A stretch of 61,132 nt of DNA from Halomonas sp. (GTDB lineage Bacteria > Pseudomonadota > Gammaproteobacteria > Pseudomonadales > Halomonadaceae): assembly GCF_041689495.1 (NCBI RefSeq), contig NZ_JBDNGD010000196.1:1-61132 (forward strand), given 5' to 3'. Of the stretch, positions 30,251 through 39,851 are shown in pieces. The stretch's first letter is position 1; each line of letters opens with the position of its first letter. A program made the position numbers and the translations under genes. The notes beneath the pieces are model-generated. The model saw nothing but the letters and a program-made list of their open reading frames with translations, made no database searches and had not been told where the DNA came from.

Positions 30251-31727
30251 CAGGGGACTCTCCAATAATTTCGTCCATCATGTCGCTGTTCGATACTTCA
30301 TCGGGGTCCCATGAACTCGGGGAGTACATGTCCCATGTGAGTCCCGGCCTGCTCGTACTTCCGCTATCTTCGTCAGTGCCGGGAAGCGGGTCTTGGCTTC
30401 TCCGCTCTTCGAGCGATTCCTGAAGCTGTTCACGCATGTTGTCAATGTCGTACTGGAAGAGTTCCTTATCGTTGAACTTGCTTTCTTCGCCGAAGATGTG
30501 GTAATACCCCGGCTCATCGGGTGAGAGCAAGTCTCTGAAGTGGAGCTTCCATTCGGAGTTTTCTGGATGAAGGTTCTCCGCGAACTCTACGAACTCCCGA
30601 CGGGTGTCGAGGTCGCGGAGTTCATCGAAGATTTTCTCCTGTCTATCAAAAATAGCATCTGTGACAGCCTTCATCCGCTCCGGGTCTTTGACAACGTACT
30701 CGTTATCTCTGTCTTTACGGAAGAGTTGTTTGAACGGCCTGACCGGGAGAAGCCTCTTTACACGCGTAGACTGAAACTGCATGTTCGGAGGATTGTGACC
30801 ACCGGAGTCAATTGCCCACGGTTTGTTGTCGCCGTCCAGCAGAACGTTTCCGAGGTGCCGGTCGTCGTTATTGAAGATGTAGTCGAGAACACCAACGCGA
30901 GCAGACCATTCGATGTTAGCTTCACCGAACTCTGATGGGGTTAGTTCCGTTTCGTGGCCAAATTTGAAATCGTTATTTACAACGTCACCGATTTCACGAC
31001 CGTTCTCGATAAACTCCATCAAGTTGCCGGTGGATTGCTCCCCGTTAACGTCGGTGATAGTTCGCTGTCGTGAAACAGGGAATCCGCCATCACCAGTCCA
31101 GCCAAGTCGGTCGGCAAACTCGTAGAAAACTTCCTCGTTCTCTACGACACCAGTCACCGAGCTTTCAACATCGTTCGGTTTGAATATCGCCCTGTCTCCC
31201 CGTTCGTATGTTGCAAGTTGAATCTTGTCAGAATTTGCACTCCGCTCGAATCCAGCTTCTCGTCCGGTGATTATTTCGGAGATTGTCGCATCCCCGTCAG
31301 CAACCGAACTGGTGTCGAGTTGGGTCTTCAGCGGGTCGCCAGTGCCACCGTCTCCGCCGTCGTCCTTGAGACGCCAGCCGCCCTGCACCTTGCTGTGAAC
31401 CCACTCGATGATGTTCTGAACGGGAGGCTGGCCCCAGCGGGCCTTGTACCCTTCATCAACGACGTAGGCGTGCTCGGAGTAGTTCGTGATACGGCCAGAC
31501 ACGCGGGTCGGTGAGAGGTTATCTACGTCCTTGGACCCCCAGCCGTACTTGTAGACTTCCTTGTGCCACACGCGGCGTGTGGTGTAAATCTGCTGTTGCG
31601 CGGCGTCGTGTCCACGGTCGATGAGGTCGCCAGCAGCGTCCTGCATCCCATCGTTGATACCACGACGGATTGCGGTCATGGTCCGCTCGACACCTTCGAT
31701 TTCGTAGTCGAGTCGGAATTTTCCCAT
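30240..31727 (-). CDS. gp10-like neck protein N-terminus fused to a PI3/PI4-kinase/HipA-like kinase domain
   Basis: N-terminus HAYVVDEG...PPVQNIIEWV; kinase motifs AIFKP, E, DYIFNNDDRHLGN and WAIDSG. Confidence 0.7.
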   Translation of the reverse strand: MGKFRLDYEIEGVERTMTAIRRGINDGMQDAAGDLIDRGHDAAQQQIYTTRRVWHKEVYKYGWGSKDVDNLSPTRVSGRITNYSEHAYVVDEGYKARWGQPPVQNIIEWVHSKVQGGWRLKDDGGDGGTGDPLKTQLDTSSVADGDATISEIITGREAGFERSANSDKIQLATYERGDRAIFKPNDVESSVTGVVENEEVFYEFADRLGWTGDGGFPVSRQRTITDVNGEQSTGNLMEFIENGREIGDVVNNDFKFGHETELTPSEFGEANIEWSARVGVLDYIFNNDDRHLGNVLLDGDNKPWAIDSGGHNPPNMQFQSTRVKRLLPVRPFKQLFRKDRDNEYVVKDPERMKAVTDAIFDRQEKIFDELRDLDTRREFVEFAENLHPENSEWKLHFRDLLSPDEPGYYHIFGEESKFNDKELFQYDIDNMREQLQESLEERRSQDPLPGTDEDSGSTSRPGLTWDMYSPSSWDPDEVSNSDMMDEIIGESPDDS

Positions 31728-31733
31728 GAGTGC

Positions 31734-32099
31734 TTAGTTAGTGACGACTTCGCCGTAGATTTCTACGTGAGTTGCGTACCGCGTCGGTGCCTGAAGTTCA
31801 TACAGCGTTTCGTTGCCGTTCTGGTCCGGGTAACCGATTCGGTCGCTGTCAGAAACAGCTTCGTACTCGTCCAGCGGAAACAGGAACACGGGACTGTCCC
31901 GATTGCGGTCACCTGCGTTCTGCTGGACTTCCGTATTGCGGTTCGGGTACGTTCGAAAGCACAAGACCGTCTGGTCAGAGTCGAACGTCCACTCGGTGTT
32001 GTTGAACTCGTCCGACCCGTCTGAAGTCCGCGAGTAGAGTGTCGCGAGTTCACCAAATCGTTCAACCTGGGCTACAACCGCCCGTGATTTATAACCCAT
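31734..32099 (-). CDS. Head closure protein
   Basis: Synteny after the adaptor; beta-rich, DRI...YE motif. Confidence 0.55.
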   Translation of the reverse strand: MGYKSRAVVAQVERFGELATLYSRTSDGSDEFNNTEWTFDSDQTVLCFRTYPNRNTEVQQNAGDRNRDSPVFLFPLDEYEAVSDSDRIGYPDQNGNETLYELQAPTRYATHVEIYGEVVTN

Positions 32100-32568
32100 C
32101 CGCGTTGCCCTCCGATGAGCCACGGATACCGTAGTCGCCTTCATCGCCGTAGAGACGGTCTTCTCGACTCACGCCACCGATGCCGTGGCCGAATCCGGAT
32201 TCCGTGTTTTCGCCGGGTTCAACGCTCTTGAGCGCAGTTCGCGCATTGCGGAACCACGTCGTCACGTCGTCGTTCTCCTTTGCGAGCAGAGATTTCGCGT
32301 CTACTGCACCGACTTGAAGCGTCTGTGAATCGAGTTCGCCAGTTGCGACTTTCGAAAACAGACAGGTGAACCAAAAAAGGGCTTCCTCGCGATACTGATT
32401 GGCGTACCAATCATCTTCGGACCAGACTTCCTCGATGGCTTTCCGAGTCCGAATATGCCGCTTCGCGATGCTGAGTACCCCGAGAAATTCGCTGTCGTCC
32501 AGCGTTCTGGTGGAGTAGCCGGTTTGGATGCGGGCCTCACCGAGTAGCTCATCGTCAGAGGAAGCCAT
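32089..32568 (-). CDS. Head-tail adaptor
   Basis: Helical ORF immediately after the major capsid gene. Confidence 0.55.
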   Translation of the reverse strand: MASSDDELLGEARIQTGYSTRTLDDSEFLGVLSIAKRHIRTRKAIEEVWSEDDWYANQYREEALFWFTCLFSKVATGELDSQTLQVGAVDAKSLLAKENDDVTTWFRNARTALKSVEPGENTESGFGHGIGGVSREDRLYGDEGDYGIRGSSEGNADGL

Positions 32569-32581
32569 CAGTTAGCGACCT

Positions 32582-33562
32582 CTACGACTGCGTGATGTTC
32601 GTGGCGTTCACGTGGACTGCACGGAGCGGGTCCACGTTCTTCACACCCCAGCGCCCGTAGGCGTTTGCGCCCACGAGGTCGCCGGGCGAGTAGACGGGAC
32701 CGCCGCCCTCGGAGCCACGCCGGAGGTGGACCGGCGAATCCTCGTAGATTTTGACCGGGGAGCCGTTCTGCGCCTGCGTGACCCAGAACTTGTCGCCAGT
32801 CATCCACGGGGACTCGACCAGCCGCACGCCGTCGATGTTCAGTTCGAGGTCTTCGAGCGCCGCCGAGCGCATCCCGGTCGCCATCGGGATGTGGTAGGAC
32901 GCGTCCCACGTGATTTCGTTGCGGATTTTCCGCTTGAATCCGCTGGAGATGAGCGCCACGAAGGGACCGCTGAACCCGTGGTGGGTCAGTTCGTCCTTCG
33001 CGTTCTCGATGTGCTGGTGGGCGTCGTAGGCCGTGTCGTCGGTGCCGTCGTTGTCGAAGAGGTCGTCGGTGTCTTCGAACTTGTGGCTGTGCGTCTGCGA
33101 GAAGCTGTACTCGCCGTAGTCGGGTACGTCGTACCAGAGCTGCTGGCCCTGTGCGTAGCCGTCTTCCAGCGCAGACATGATGAGTTCGCGCATCGTGTTG
33201 TCCGCACCTTCGAGCATGGTGCGAATCTTCTTCATGACGCGCTCCTCGGTGTGCTTCTCGATGAAGTCCTGCGTCATCCCGACAGAGCGACCGTACTTCT
33301 TGTCGCGGATGAAAATTTGATTGTCCACCGCATCGCGGTCCACGGTGCGGGGGTGTTCGCCTTCTGCGAGTTCCTCGAAGTACACGTCGGCGTCCTTCGG
33401 GTTGTCGTAGAAGGTCTGCTGGTCCACGACCTCTGCGAACATGTCGCGGAAAGGTCGCTCTGCTTCGTTGTAGATGTCGATGAGACGGCGGGACTTTTCG
33501 AGCAGGTCTTCGAGGTCCACACCGTCCTTCGTCGTAACGCGGTGTCGCGGGTTAGGTGCCAT
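32582..33562 (-). CDS. Major capsid protein (HK97 fold)
   Basis: 326 aa, E.AEGE...KYGR.V.MT motif, strongly biased codon use, position in the head module. Confidence 0.85.
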   Translation of the reverse strand: MAPNPRHRVTTKDGVDLEDLLEKSRRLIDIYNEAERPFRDMFAEVVDQQTFYDNPKDADVYFEELAEGEHPRTVDRDAVDNQIFIRDKKYGRSVGMTQDFIEKHTEERVMKKIRTMLEGADNTMRELIMSALEDGYAQGQQLWYDVPDYGEYSFSQTHSHKFEDTDDLFDNDGTDDTAYDAHQHIENAKDELTHHGFSGPFVALISSGFKRKIRNEITWDASYHIPMATGMRSAALEDLELNIDGVRLVESPWMTGDKFWVTQAQNGSPVKIYEDSPVHLRRGSEGGGPVYSPGDLVGANAYGRWGVKNVDPLRAVHVNATNITQS

Positions 33563-33602
33563 GTATGAGTTAAGTCTCTATGTTGAAGTCTTTACGGCGA
33601 CT

Positions 33603-34133
33603 TTATACCGTGGTGTAGTCCCAGTCAACGTCGAGCAGGATGCGGTCACCCTGCTCGGTGCCGATGCCTGCATCCTCGTTGGGCGGGATGCACATGCCGA
33701 CACACTGCACGATGTCCCCGGCATCGGCGGGCTTCGTCTGCGTGAAGCCGCCTCCCTCTGCCAGATACACCGGCTCGCCGTAGTTGAACGAGGTGTCGTC
33801 GTCGTTGTTGACCATCTCGATGCCGTTGAACACGAAGGTACCTCGGTCGTCTTTGAGCGTCTTGTTCTCCTGAACAAGCTGCTCTTCGAGGTCTTGGAGG
33901 TACGAACCCGTGGGGATGGTCGCGAGGTCGATGACCTGTTCCTGAAGGAGAACGCCGAGAGCGGGGACTGCAACCCCCGTCACGGCGTTTGCCTCCACGA
34001 GTTCAGCAACGCCTCCGTTGTCTTGGTAGCCGACGAGCGTGCCCTGCACGTCTTCGCCGACAACCTGAGTGTTCGGGTGGCCCGTCCGGTTGATAGGCCC
34101 CTCTGCGCCAGTTGCGATGTTCCAGTCTACCAT
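33603..34133 (-). CDS. Capsid decoration/cement protein
   Basis: GEPVYL...GG.TQT.P...VQ.VG motif; precedes the MCP. Confidence 0.6.
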   Translation of the reverse strand: MVDWNIATGAEGPINRTGHPNTQVVGEDVQGTLVGYQDNGGVAELVEANAVTGVAVPALGVLLQEQVIDLATIPTGSYLQDLEEQLVQENKTLKDDRGTFVFNGIEMVNNDDDTSFNYGEPVYLAEGGGFTQTKPADAGDIVQCVGMCIPPNEDAGIGTEQGDRILLDVDWDYTTV

Positions 34134-34142
34134 TGTGAAGTA

Positions 34143-34625
34143 TTACTGCGGGTTGAAGCCGGGCATTCCGCTGAGGTGCTGCTTCGCGAACTCTTCGTCC
34201 GCCTTGTCGTCGTCGTGAGTGGGAGAACGCTTGCCCATGTCGTTGAACTCGGGCTTCTCCTCCTCCTTGGCATCGGCCTCTTCGGCCTCAGCGTCGAGGT
34301 TGGCGAAATACACGTGGTACTCGCGAACCTTGTTGAAGTCTGCGTCCTTGAGGTCGGCTTCGCTGACGGGCGAACCGTCGAACGAATCGAACTCAGTGAT
34401 TTCGGAGATGATTTCCGACTTCGCGGAAGCGAAGTCCTGCACCTCTCCGAAGAGGGCGTCGAAGTCTGCATCGTCGCCCAGCATTTCCTGCATCTGTTCC
34501 TTTGCGTCGTTGAACTCGGCGACGTTTGCTTCCTGCGCCTTCTCGAAGTCTTCCACGAGACCGACGAGTTCGTCGGAATCGCGGCCTTCGAGGTCGCCAT
34601 CGTAGTTGACCTGATTGAAGTCCAT
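34143..34625 (-). CDS. Scaffold-like acidic protein
   Basis: Helical and very acidic; lies between protease and capsid genes. Confidence 0.55.
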   Translation of the reverse strand: MDFNQVNYDGDLEGRDSDELVGLVEDFEKAQEANVAEFNDAKEQMQEMLGDDADFDALFGEVQDFASAKSEIISEITEFDSFDGSPVSEADLKDADFNKVREYHVYFANLDAEAEEADAKEEEKPEFNDMGKRSPTHDDDKADEEFAKQHLSGMPGFNPQ

Positions 34626-34638
34626 GTGTGTTGGGTTG

Positions 34639-35373
34639 TTAGAAGGTGAGTGTCTCGGTGGTCACCGAGAACTCGTCGGTTTCGCTGTCCGTCGCCAAGT
34701 TCTCTGAGGCATTGTCCGCGTTCGCCTCGTCATCGAACTCGCCGACTGCGGAGGTGGCTGCCTCGGCGAACGCCGCGGCAACCCCTCCACCGTCGTAGCC
34801 GCCGGGGAAATTCACGGCGGAGAACTCGCGGAGCTTACCGTCCACGAGTTCGGGTTCGCCGTCGTCGTTGCGGACGGCTTTGTAGTTCTGTCCGAGTCCG
34901 ACCGAGCCATTCCGAATGGCTGGCGGCTCGTAGGTATAGCGCGCGATGGCTTCCGAGTGGGTCGGCCCACCCGTGTTCGGTACCCGAACCATCAGCGCCA
35001 ATTTTTCTGCCTGTTCACTGAACCAGACCGTTTTGACGGTCCCCATGTTGGCGAACGTCTCTTTGGCCCTGTGGTCCAGTAGATGCGGTGGTTCCTGCCG
35101 ATAGTTCTTGCCGGCTACGCGCCGGAGGAACTTCTTTCGGATGCGGACACCGTTCCGCCTGTCAGGTGGACCGGGTTCCATCGCACCGTAGACGACATCG
35201 ACTGATTCGAGGTCGCCGTCTTCACCGTAGTTTTCCCGAACGCCATACTCGTTGAATCCGGTGCCAGCCTGCTCTACGAACTCATCGGAATCAAAGTCGA
35301 GCGACTTGTCATCCGGGTCCACGGCAGAGGCAGCGAAGTCCAGTTCAGCGTCCAGTTCAAGTTCTTCTGTCAT
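34639..35373 (-). CDS. Prohead protease (HK97-type)
   Basis: LLDH, GSVG and LREFSAVNFPG motifs. Confidence 0.75.
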   Translation of the reverse strand: MTEELELDAELDFAASAVDPDDKSLDFDSDEFVEQAGTGFNEYGVRENYGEDGDLESVDVVYGAMEPGPPDRRNGVRIRKKFLRRVAGKNYRQEPPHLLDHRAKETFANMGTVKTVWFSEQAEKLALMVRVPNTGGPTHSEAIARYTYEPPAIRNGSVGLGQNYKAVRNDDGEPELVDGKLREFSAVNFPGGYDGGGVAAAFAEAATSAVGEFDDEANADNASENLATDSETDEFSVTTETLTF

Positions 35374-35374
35374 G

Positions 35375-35656
35375 TTACACGAATTTTGTCAGCTTGTCTG
35401 AAATCCACAGTAAGAGTGCTGAAGCGCCCGTTAAGAAACCCCCGAGAATCGTGGAGTTTCGTGAGGCCGTATCCTCAAGCTTGTCGATGTCGTTTGAGTT
35501 AAGCTTGATGTCCTCCTCCATTGTGTTCATGCGGGAGTTCATACTCCGCGTTCTCTCATCGATGACTTCGATGCGAGTGCGCGTTTGACGAACATCAGAA
35601 TGAATTTCGTCCAGTTTTCCGCGCTCTTGGTCGTTCATGTCATCAGGCGTTCTCAT
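35375..35656 (-). CDS. Coiled-coil protein with C-terminal membrane anchor
   Basis: IDERT coiled-coil followed by a hydrophobic tail. Confidence 0.55.
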   Translation of the reverse strand: MRTPDDMNDQERGKLDEIHSDVRQTRTRIEVIDERTRSMNSRMNTMEEDIKLNSNDIDKLEDTASRNSTILGGFLTGASALLLWISDKLTKFV

Positions 35657-37151
35657 CCTCGGTTACTGACTTCCTGTTTCGTCCATTGCTTGAATCTGCG
35701 CCTGTGTCTTGCCGTGATGTGACTTCACCACCTGATGACTCCGCACCCCCACCCGTATCGGTCGGTGAGCCACCGTCCGGGTTCTGTATGTTGTCCCCTG
35801 AGCCGGCCAGAGCTTGCAGGAGAGCCATTTGTTCCTCGCCGCTTACGTTGTCCCAGATGTCCGGTAGCTCGGAGTCTGGGTCGATTCCTGCGCGTCTCGC
35901 GGCTGCGTCAGGCGTGAGCAGCATGTTGTTCATCAGGTTGATGGCAACGTCTGCTTCAAGCCGCTCTTCTGCCGCAGAGTATTCGCCGAACTCGAACGTC
36001 GGGATGATGCCCTGTGCTTCGCCCACTTCGAGCGAATTGAACATCAGGGAGCGGAGAATCTGCTCTTCGACCTCCGTCTTCACGATGGTCTGAAGCCTGC
36101 GGATACGACGCTTGAATGAAGGCATCGTCGCGACAGCTTCACCCTGACTACCGCCGCCGCCCTCCATGTTCATGAGCAGCGCCGGGACGCCAAGACCGGT
36201 GATGATGCGGTCTTGGAAGTGGAGGAAGGTGTCTTCGAGTCGCATCGCGCCCGCAGTGGACGAAGTAGACGTGACACCAACGGTGTCGAAGTCTACGTCA
36301 TGGCCCGCTGCGAGCATCGAATCCGGCTCAATCGCATCGAGGGTTTCCAGCCAGTTGTCAATCTGGGTGGGCGTCCACTTGTCTTCCTCCGTCCCAAGCT
36401 GCCAGAGAATCGGCGGGTACGCTTTCGTCGCAATGAAGCGAGCGTAGTCGATTTCGAGGTCGCGAAGGATGTTCGCAGCCTCAGCAATCGACTCGATGAA
36501 GGACCGTCCGAAGTCTTCGGTTGGTTCCTTCTGGAAGTAGAGTTCCGCGACTTCGTGCGGCTCGTACTCCGGGTCGTCTTCGCCGCCACCCGGCGCTTCG
36601 AGGATGTATTTGATGACTCGCCCGAACTCATCGGTTTCCCGCTTCATGCGGTCTGATGGAAGCAGACGCGGTTCGAAGCGCCCGTCTTCCACGATGAGTT
36701 CCATGAACGCGTGACCGTCCACGATGGCGTAGTAAATCCAGTTGATGAACACTCGCCAGAACGGCGAAGCCTTCATCAGCATTTCGAGTTTCGCGGAAAC
36801 CGATTTCTGGTACTCCGGTGTCGCAGTTTCACCTAACTGTCCACCGCCGCTGGCGAGCGCGGCGATTTCACCCGTGCCGTCTTGGAGCGCATCTTCGAAC
36901 GACTGCGGACTGATGTTGAAGCCGTCTCCAGCAATCCAGTCCACGAGCGTCCACACCGCCTCTTTGACGTGAGGGTCGGCGTATGCTATTTCGCGGTGTC
37001 GCTGAATTTCACGCTGCGGTGCCGCAACCGAGTTATCAGCGCCAGCGCCCGCGTTCTGTACGTTCTTGATGACCCCCTTCGGTGAATCGGTATAGAAGCC
37101 GAGTTCTTGTTCTTCTTCAGAGGGGGAAACGAATTTGCCTTGGTTTTCCAT
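35643..37151 (-). CDS. Portal protein
   Basis: Follows the terminase; DGHAFME, FGRS.IE and I..LGVP motifs. Confidence 0.85.
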   Translation of the reverse strand: MENQGKFVSPSEEEQELGFYTDSPKGVIKNVQNAGAGADNSVAAPQREIQRHREIAYADPHVKEAVWTLVDWIAGDGFNISPQSFEDALQDGTGEIAALASGGGQLGETATPEYQKSVSAKLEMLMKASPFWRVFINWIYYAIVDGHAFMELIVEDGRFEPRLLPSDRMKRETDEFGRVIKYILEAPGGGEDDPEYEPHEVAELYFQKEPTEDFGRSFIESIAEAANILRDLEIDYARFIATKAYPPILWQLGTEEDKWTPTQIDNWLETLDAIEPDSMLAAGHDVDFDTVGVTSTSSTAGAMRLEDTFLHFQDRIITGLGVPALLMNMEGGGGSQGEAVATMPSFKRRIRRLQTIVKTEVEEQILRSLMFNSLEVGEAQGIIPTFEFGEYSAAEERLEADVAINLMNNMLLTPDAAARRAGIDPDSELPDIWDNVSGEEQMALLQALAGSGDNIQNPDGGSPTDTGGGAESSGGEVTSRQDTGADSSNGRNRKSVTEDENA

Positions 37152-37153
37152 GA

Positions 37154-38968
37154 TTAGTAGCGCCGACGGCTATTGCTGCGGTTATGACGGTTCTGGTAGC
37201 GTGTCTGACTGCGCTTCGAGGTTCCCCCTGCGAGTCGAACTACGCCACCGGGGGTCTGAACATCGTCGCCGTAACTACGCCGCTGGGAGTTCTGCACACG
37301 AAGTTCACGTGTGCCTTTCTCGCCTTCGGACTTCTGTGGGCCGGCCTCATCGGAATACGACTCGCCCGAGACGTTCTCGCGTGCATGTGCCTCTGTTGAA
37401 CGATTTGCGTCGAAGTGAGGCGGATATGCACCAAGAACAGTCGCCATTGCGAGGTCGTCTTTTCCATCCTCGGCTTGGTCTTTGCCGCTGAAACGTGGCG
37501 TTTGGTCCTTGTACGACTGCTGCTTCACGATTGCGCACAACTGGTCGAATAAGTCTTCGTCGGGGACCAGATGGACGAGATTCTTGTGGAACCCGTAGTT
37601 CAGGTCGCCCCACATGCGCTCCAACTCCTTTTTGTCCGAGAAGTTGAAGCCCTGCGCTCGATTCCCGAGTCGCTGTTGAATCGACTTCTGGAACCCCTTG
37701 CCGGGACCAGTCATGTCGATGAACACTTTGTCCACGCCCATGTTCTCCGCCAGCCGGTAGACGTAGTTCGCCACCGACTCGGGGTTGGCCGTGTCTTCGG
37801 GGTAGACATCGAGCGCACGCAGGTCAGAACGGTCGAGGAGCGTGTGGAAGCGAAGGTACCGCTCCTCGCCCACGTGCTCGAAGACTGTGATAGCAGTGTC
37901 GTCAGCGCCGTCTGTGCCGATGTCAACGCCCATTGACATCATGCCGCCGCAGCGAGCGTGCGTTGCTGGGTGCCAGTAGTGTTTCTGACCCGTTGGCCGG
38001 CCACCGTTCGATGTGCCGAGTTCGTAGTTCTCGGGCATCGCAGCGCCGCGCCTCATAGCGTCTCCAACCTTCTGTTTCGACAAGAATCGGTATTCGTCGG
38101 AAACAGGCTGGCACAGGTACTCCTGTGCAAAACCTTGCGGGTCTTGCGCCCGTTCGACCTCGACGGCCTGCACGTTCATGTCTGGACGCACAGGGACCGC
38201 ATCTTGGTCGAAAAGCGACTTCGTAGGGTCGATTTCCTCTGGATTCTTGAACGAGGGCTGTTTTATCGAAATAACGCCGTCTTTGCCCTGTTCAGTCCCG
38301 TTCCGGTGGGTTTGGAGGAATGTGTCGTTCGCAACACGCGGAGTGCTCACTTGGAGCATTTGCGCGTCTCCGAGGTTGATGAACGGCATGAAAGCCCGCA
38401 TTGTCGCCTTCTGGTCGTCCAAGAAGGCCATTTCGTCCACGAAAACGACTTTCGCGGAGTCAAAACCACGCGCACCGTCTGGTTCCCCCGTGAAGGCTTT
38501 GATATTCGCCCCATTCGGGAACTCCAGTTCACCGTTGTTGTTCGTCGGTAAATCGGCGTCGAGGTCGGTGAAACCGAGCTTTGATTCGCTCAGAAGGTCC
38601 GCGATGTCCGAAATTCGGGCCTCAGACTGTGCTTTCGTCCGTGAAACGATAGCGTAGTTGGTCCCGCCGTGTGCGAGCGCGTCAATTGCGATACACACGC
38701 AGAAAATGAACGAAACGCCGATACGTCGGCCCTTGTAGACGTTAGTCAGCCGTGAATCGCCGTAGAAGTAGGCGTGCATCAGCTTCGGCTGGTATGGATA
38801 GAACAGCCGAAGCGGCTCTATCTTGTGTGTCTCCTGTGAGCGCACACGGAAGATGTCTTCTGCGATTTTCTCCGGGTGGCCTGTCCACCGTTCGAGAATC
38901 GCTTCAGCATCCTCGATGTCAGCTCCGTGTTCAGCGAAGCGTTCAGCGAGGTCTCCTAATCCATCCAT
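37154..38968 (-). CDS. terL: Terminase large subunit
   Basis: KGRRIGVS Walker A, VFVDE Walker B, STP, FAQEYLC, and GVDIG / DD.A.A RNase H-like nuclease motifs. Confidence 0.93.
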   Translation of the reverse strand: MDGLGDLAERFAEHGADIEDAEAILERWTGHPEKIAEDIFRVRSQETHKIEPLRLFYPYQPKLMHAYFYGDSRLTNVYKGRRIGVSFIFCVCIAIDALAHGGTNYAIVSRTKAQSEARISDIADLLSESKLGFTDLDADLPTNNNGELEFPNGANIKAFTGEPDGARGFDSAKVVFVDEMAFLDDQKATMRAFMPFINLGDAQMLQVSTPRVANDTFLQTHRNGTEQGKDGVISIKQPSFKNPEEIDPTKSLFDQDAVPVRPDMNVQAVEVERAQDPQGFAQEYLCQPVSDEYRFLSKQKVGDAMRRGAAMPENYELGTSNGGRPTGQKHYWHPATHARCGGMMSMGVDIGTDGADDTAITVFEHVGEERYLRFHTLLDRSDLRALDVYPEDTANPESVANYVYRLAENMGVDKVFIDMTGPGKGFQKSIQQRLGNRAQGFNFSDKKELERMWGDLNYGFHKNLVHLVPDEDLFDQLCAIVKQQSYKDQTPRFSGKDQAEDGKDDLAMATVLGAYPPHFDANRSTEAHARENVSGESYSDEAGPQKSEGEKGTRELRVQNSQRRSYGDDVQTPGGVVRLAGGTSKRSQTRYQNRHNRSNSRRRY

Positions 38969-38969
38969 G

Positions 38970-39185
38970 TTAATCTATGAGGTCTCCGTATGAGCCGACT
39001 TCAGCCCACATCCAGCAAGAATCGTTCTCGGACTTCCACTCGATGAGGAGGCCCGCAGGTTCGTCATCAACATCGGTCACTTCGATGATGTTAATGCCTC
39101 CGCCATCCGTAGGCAGCGGTGCTACATCTCCGGCTTCTGCGGTCGAAAGACGAACAGGCGTGAGGCCGTCGCGGTCGTCAATCAT
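38970..39185 (-). CDS. Hypothetical protein
   Basis: Acidic ORF in the operon. Confidence 0.5.
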   Translation of the reverse strand: MIDDRDGLTPVRLSTAEAGDVAPLPTDGGGINIIEVTDVDDEPAGLLIEWKSENDSCWMWAEVGSYGDLID

Positions 39186-39215
39186 ACGCGCAGACCTCCG
39201 ATGAGGCGGCCCGCC

Positions 39216-39473
39216 TCAGCGACAGACATCCGCCACGACGTGCTGGGGCGTGAACTCCAGCCGATAAACGTAGTCGTCGTCTTCGAGAATTTCCTTTCCG
39301 AGCGAAGCCGGAATGTCCGTCTCGAATTGTTCGATGTCTCTGCCGCACGAACAGGTCTCGCAGCAGTCGTCCACGAGCATGCCTTGGCTCAAGCCAAGAA
39401 CGTAGGCCATGCCAACTGCTTCATCGAAGACATCCATGTCGGTTACGCTGAAGCTGAGTTCAGTGTCAACCAT
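39216..39473 (-). CDS. Hypothetical protein (CCETCSC)
   Basis: Acidic ORF in the operon. Confidence 0.45.
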   Translation of the reverse strand: MVDTELSFSVTDMDVFDEAVGMAYVLGLSQGMLVDDCCETCSCGRDIEQFETDIPASLGKEILEDDDYVYRLEFTPQHVVADVCR

Positions 39474-39593
39474 CGAAGTTCATCTCCTCGATGTCCTGCG
39501 ATTCTGCGTCAGGGTTTTTCTTCAGTTTTCCGTCGTCGGTGATGGAGAACTCAGATTCAGTCTCTTCGTCGTCCGGTTCTGGTGTGAGGTCTT

Positions 39594-39851
39594 TCATTTT
39601 GCGAGTAGCAGCAGCAATTCCCGGTCAGTGCTGTGATTCCGCGCCGGAACCGCAACCCTGTCCGTGAGAACATTCCTCGTCGGGATGAACTCGTAGTGAA
39701 GGCCGTCGATGTGGCCGACGAGCGGGTCGCCGATGGTCTGAACTAAGCTGTCGTAGAGGGTTTCATCCATCAACGCGTACTCGCCCTCGTGCGTGTCTAC
39801 CGTGACACCGCCCGCGAGCCAGTATCCGCTCGAAAAAGATTCAAGTTGCAT
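39594..39851 (-). CDS. Hypothetical protein
   Basis: Start MQLESFSSGY overlaps the upstream stop. Confidence 0.55.
   Translation of the reverse strand: MQLESFSSGYWLAGGVTVDTHEGEYALMDETLYDSLVQTIGDPLVGHIDGLHYEFIPTRNVLTDRVAVPARNHSTDRELLLLLAK

Noticed and set aside
27893-34649. Long + strand ORFs (27893-29002, 32612-33568, 33474-34649)
   Set aside because: Antisense shadows of the sheath, capsid and scaffold genes.
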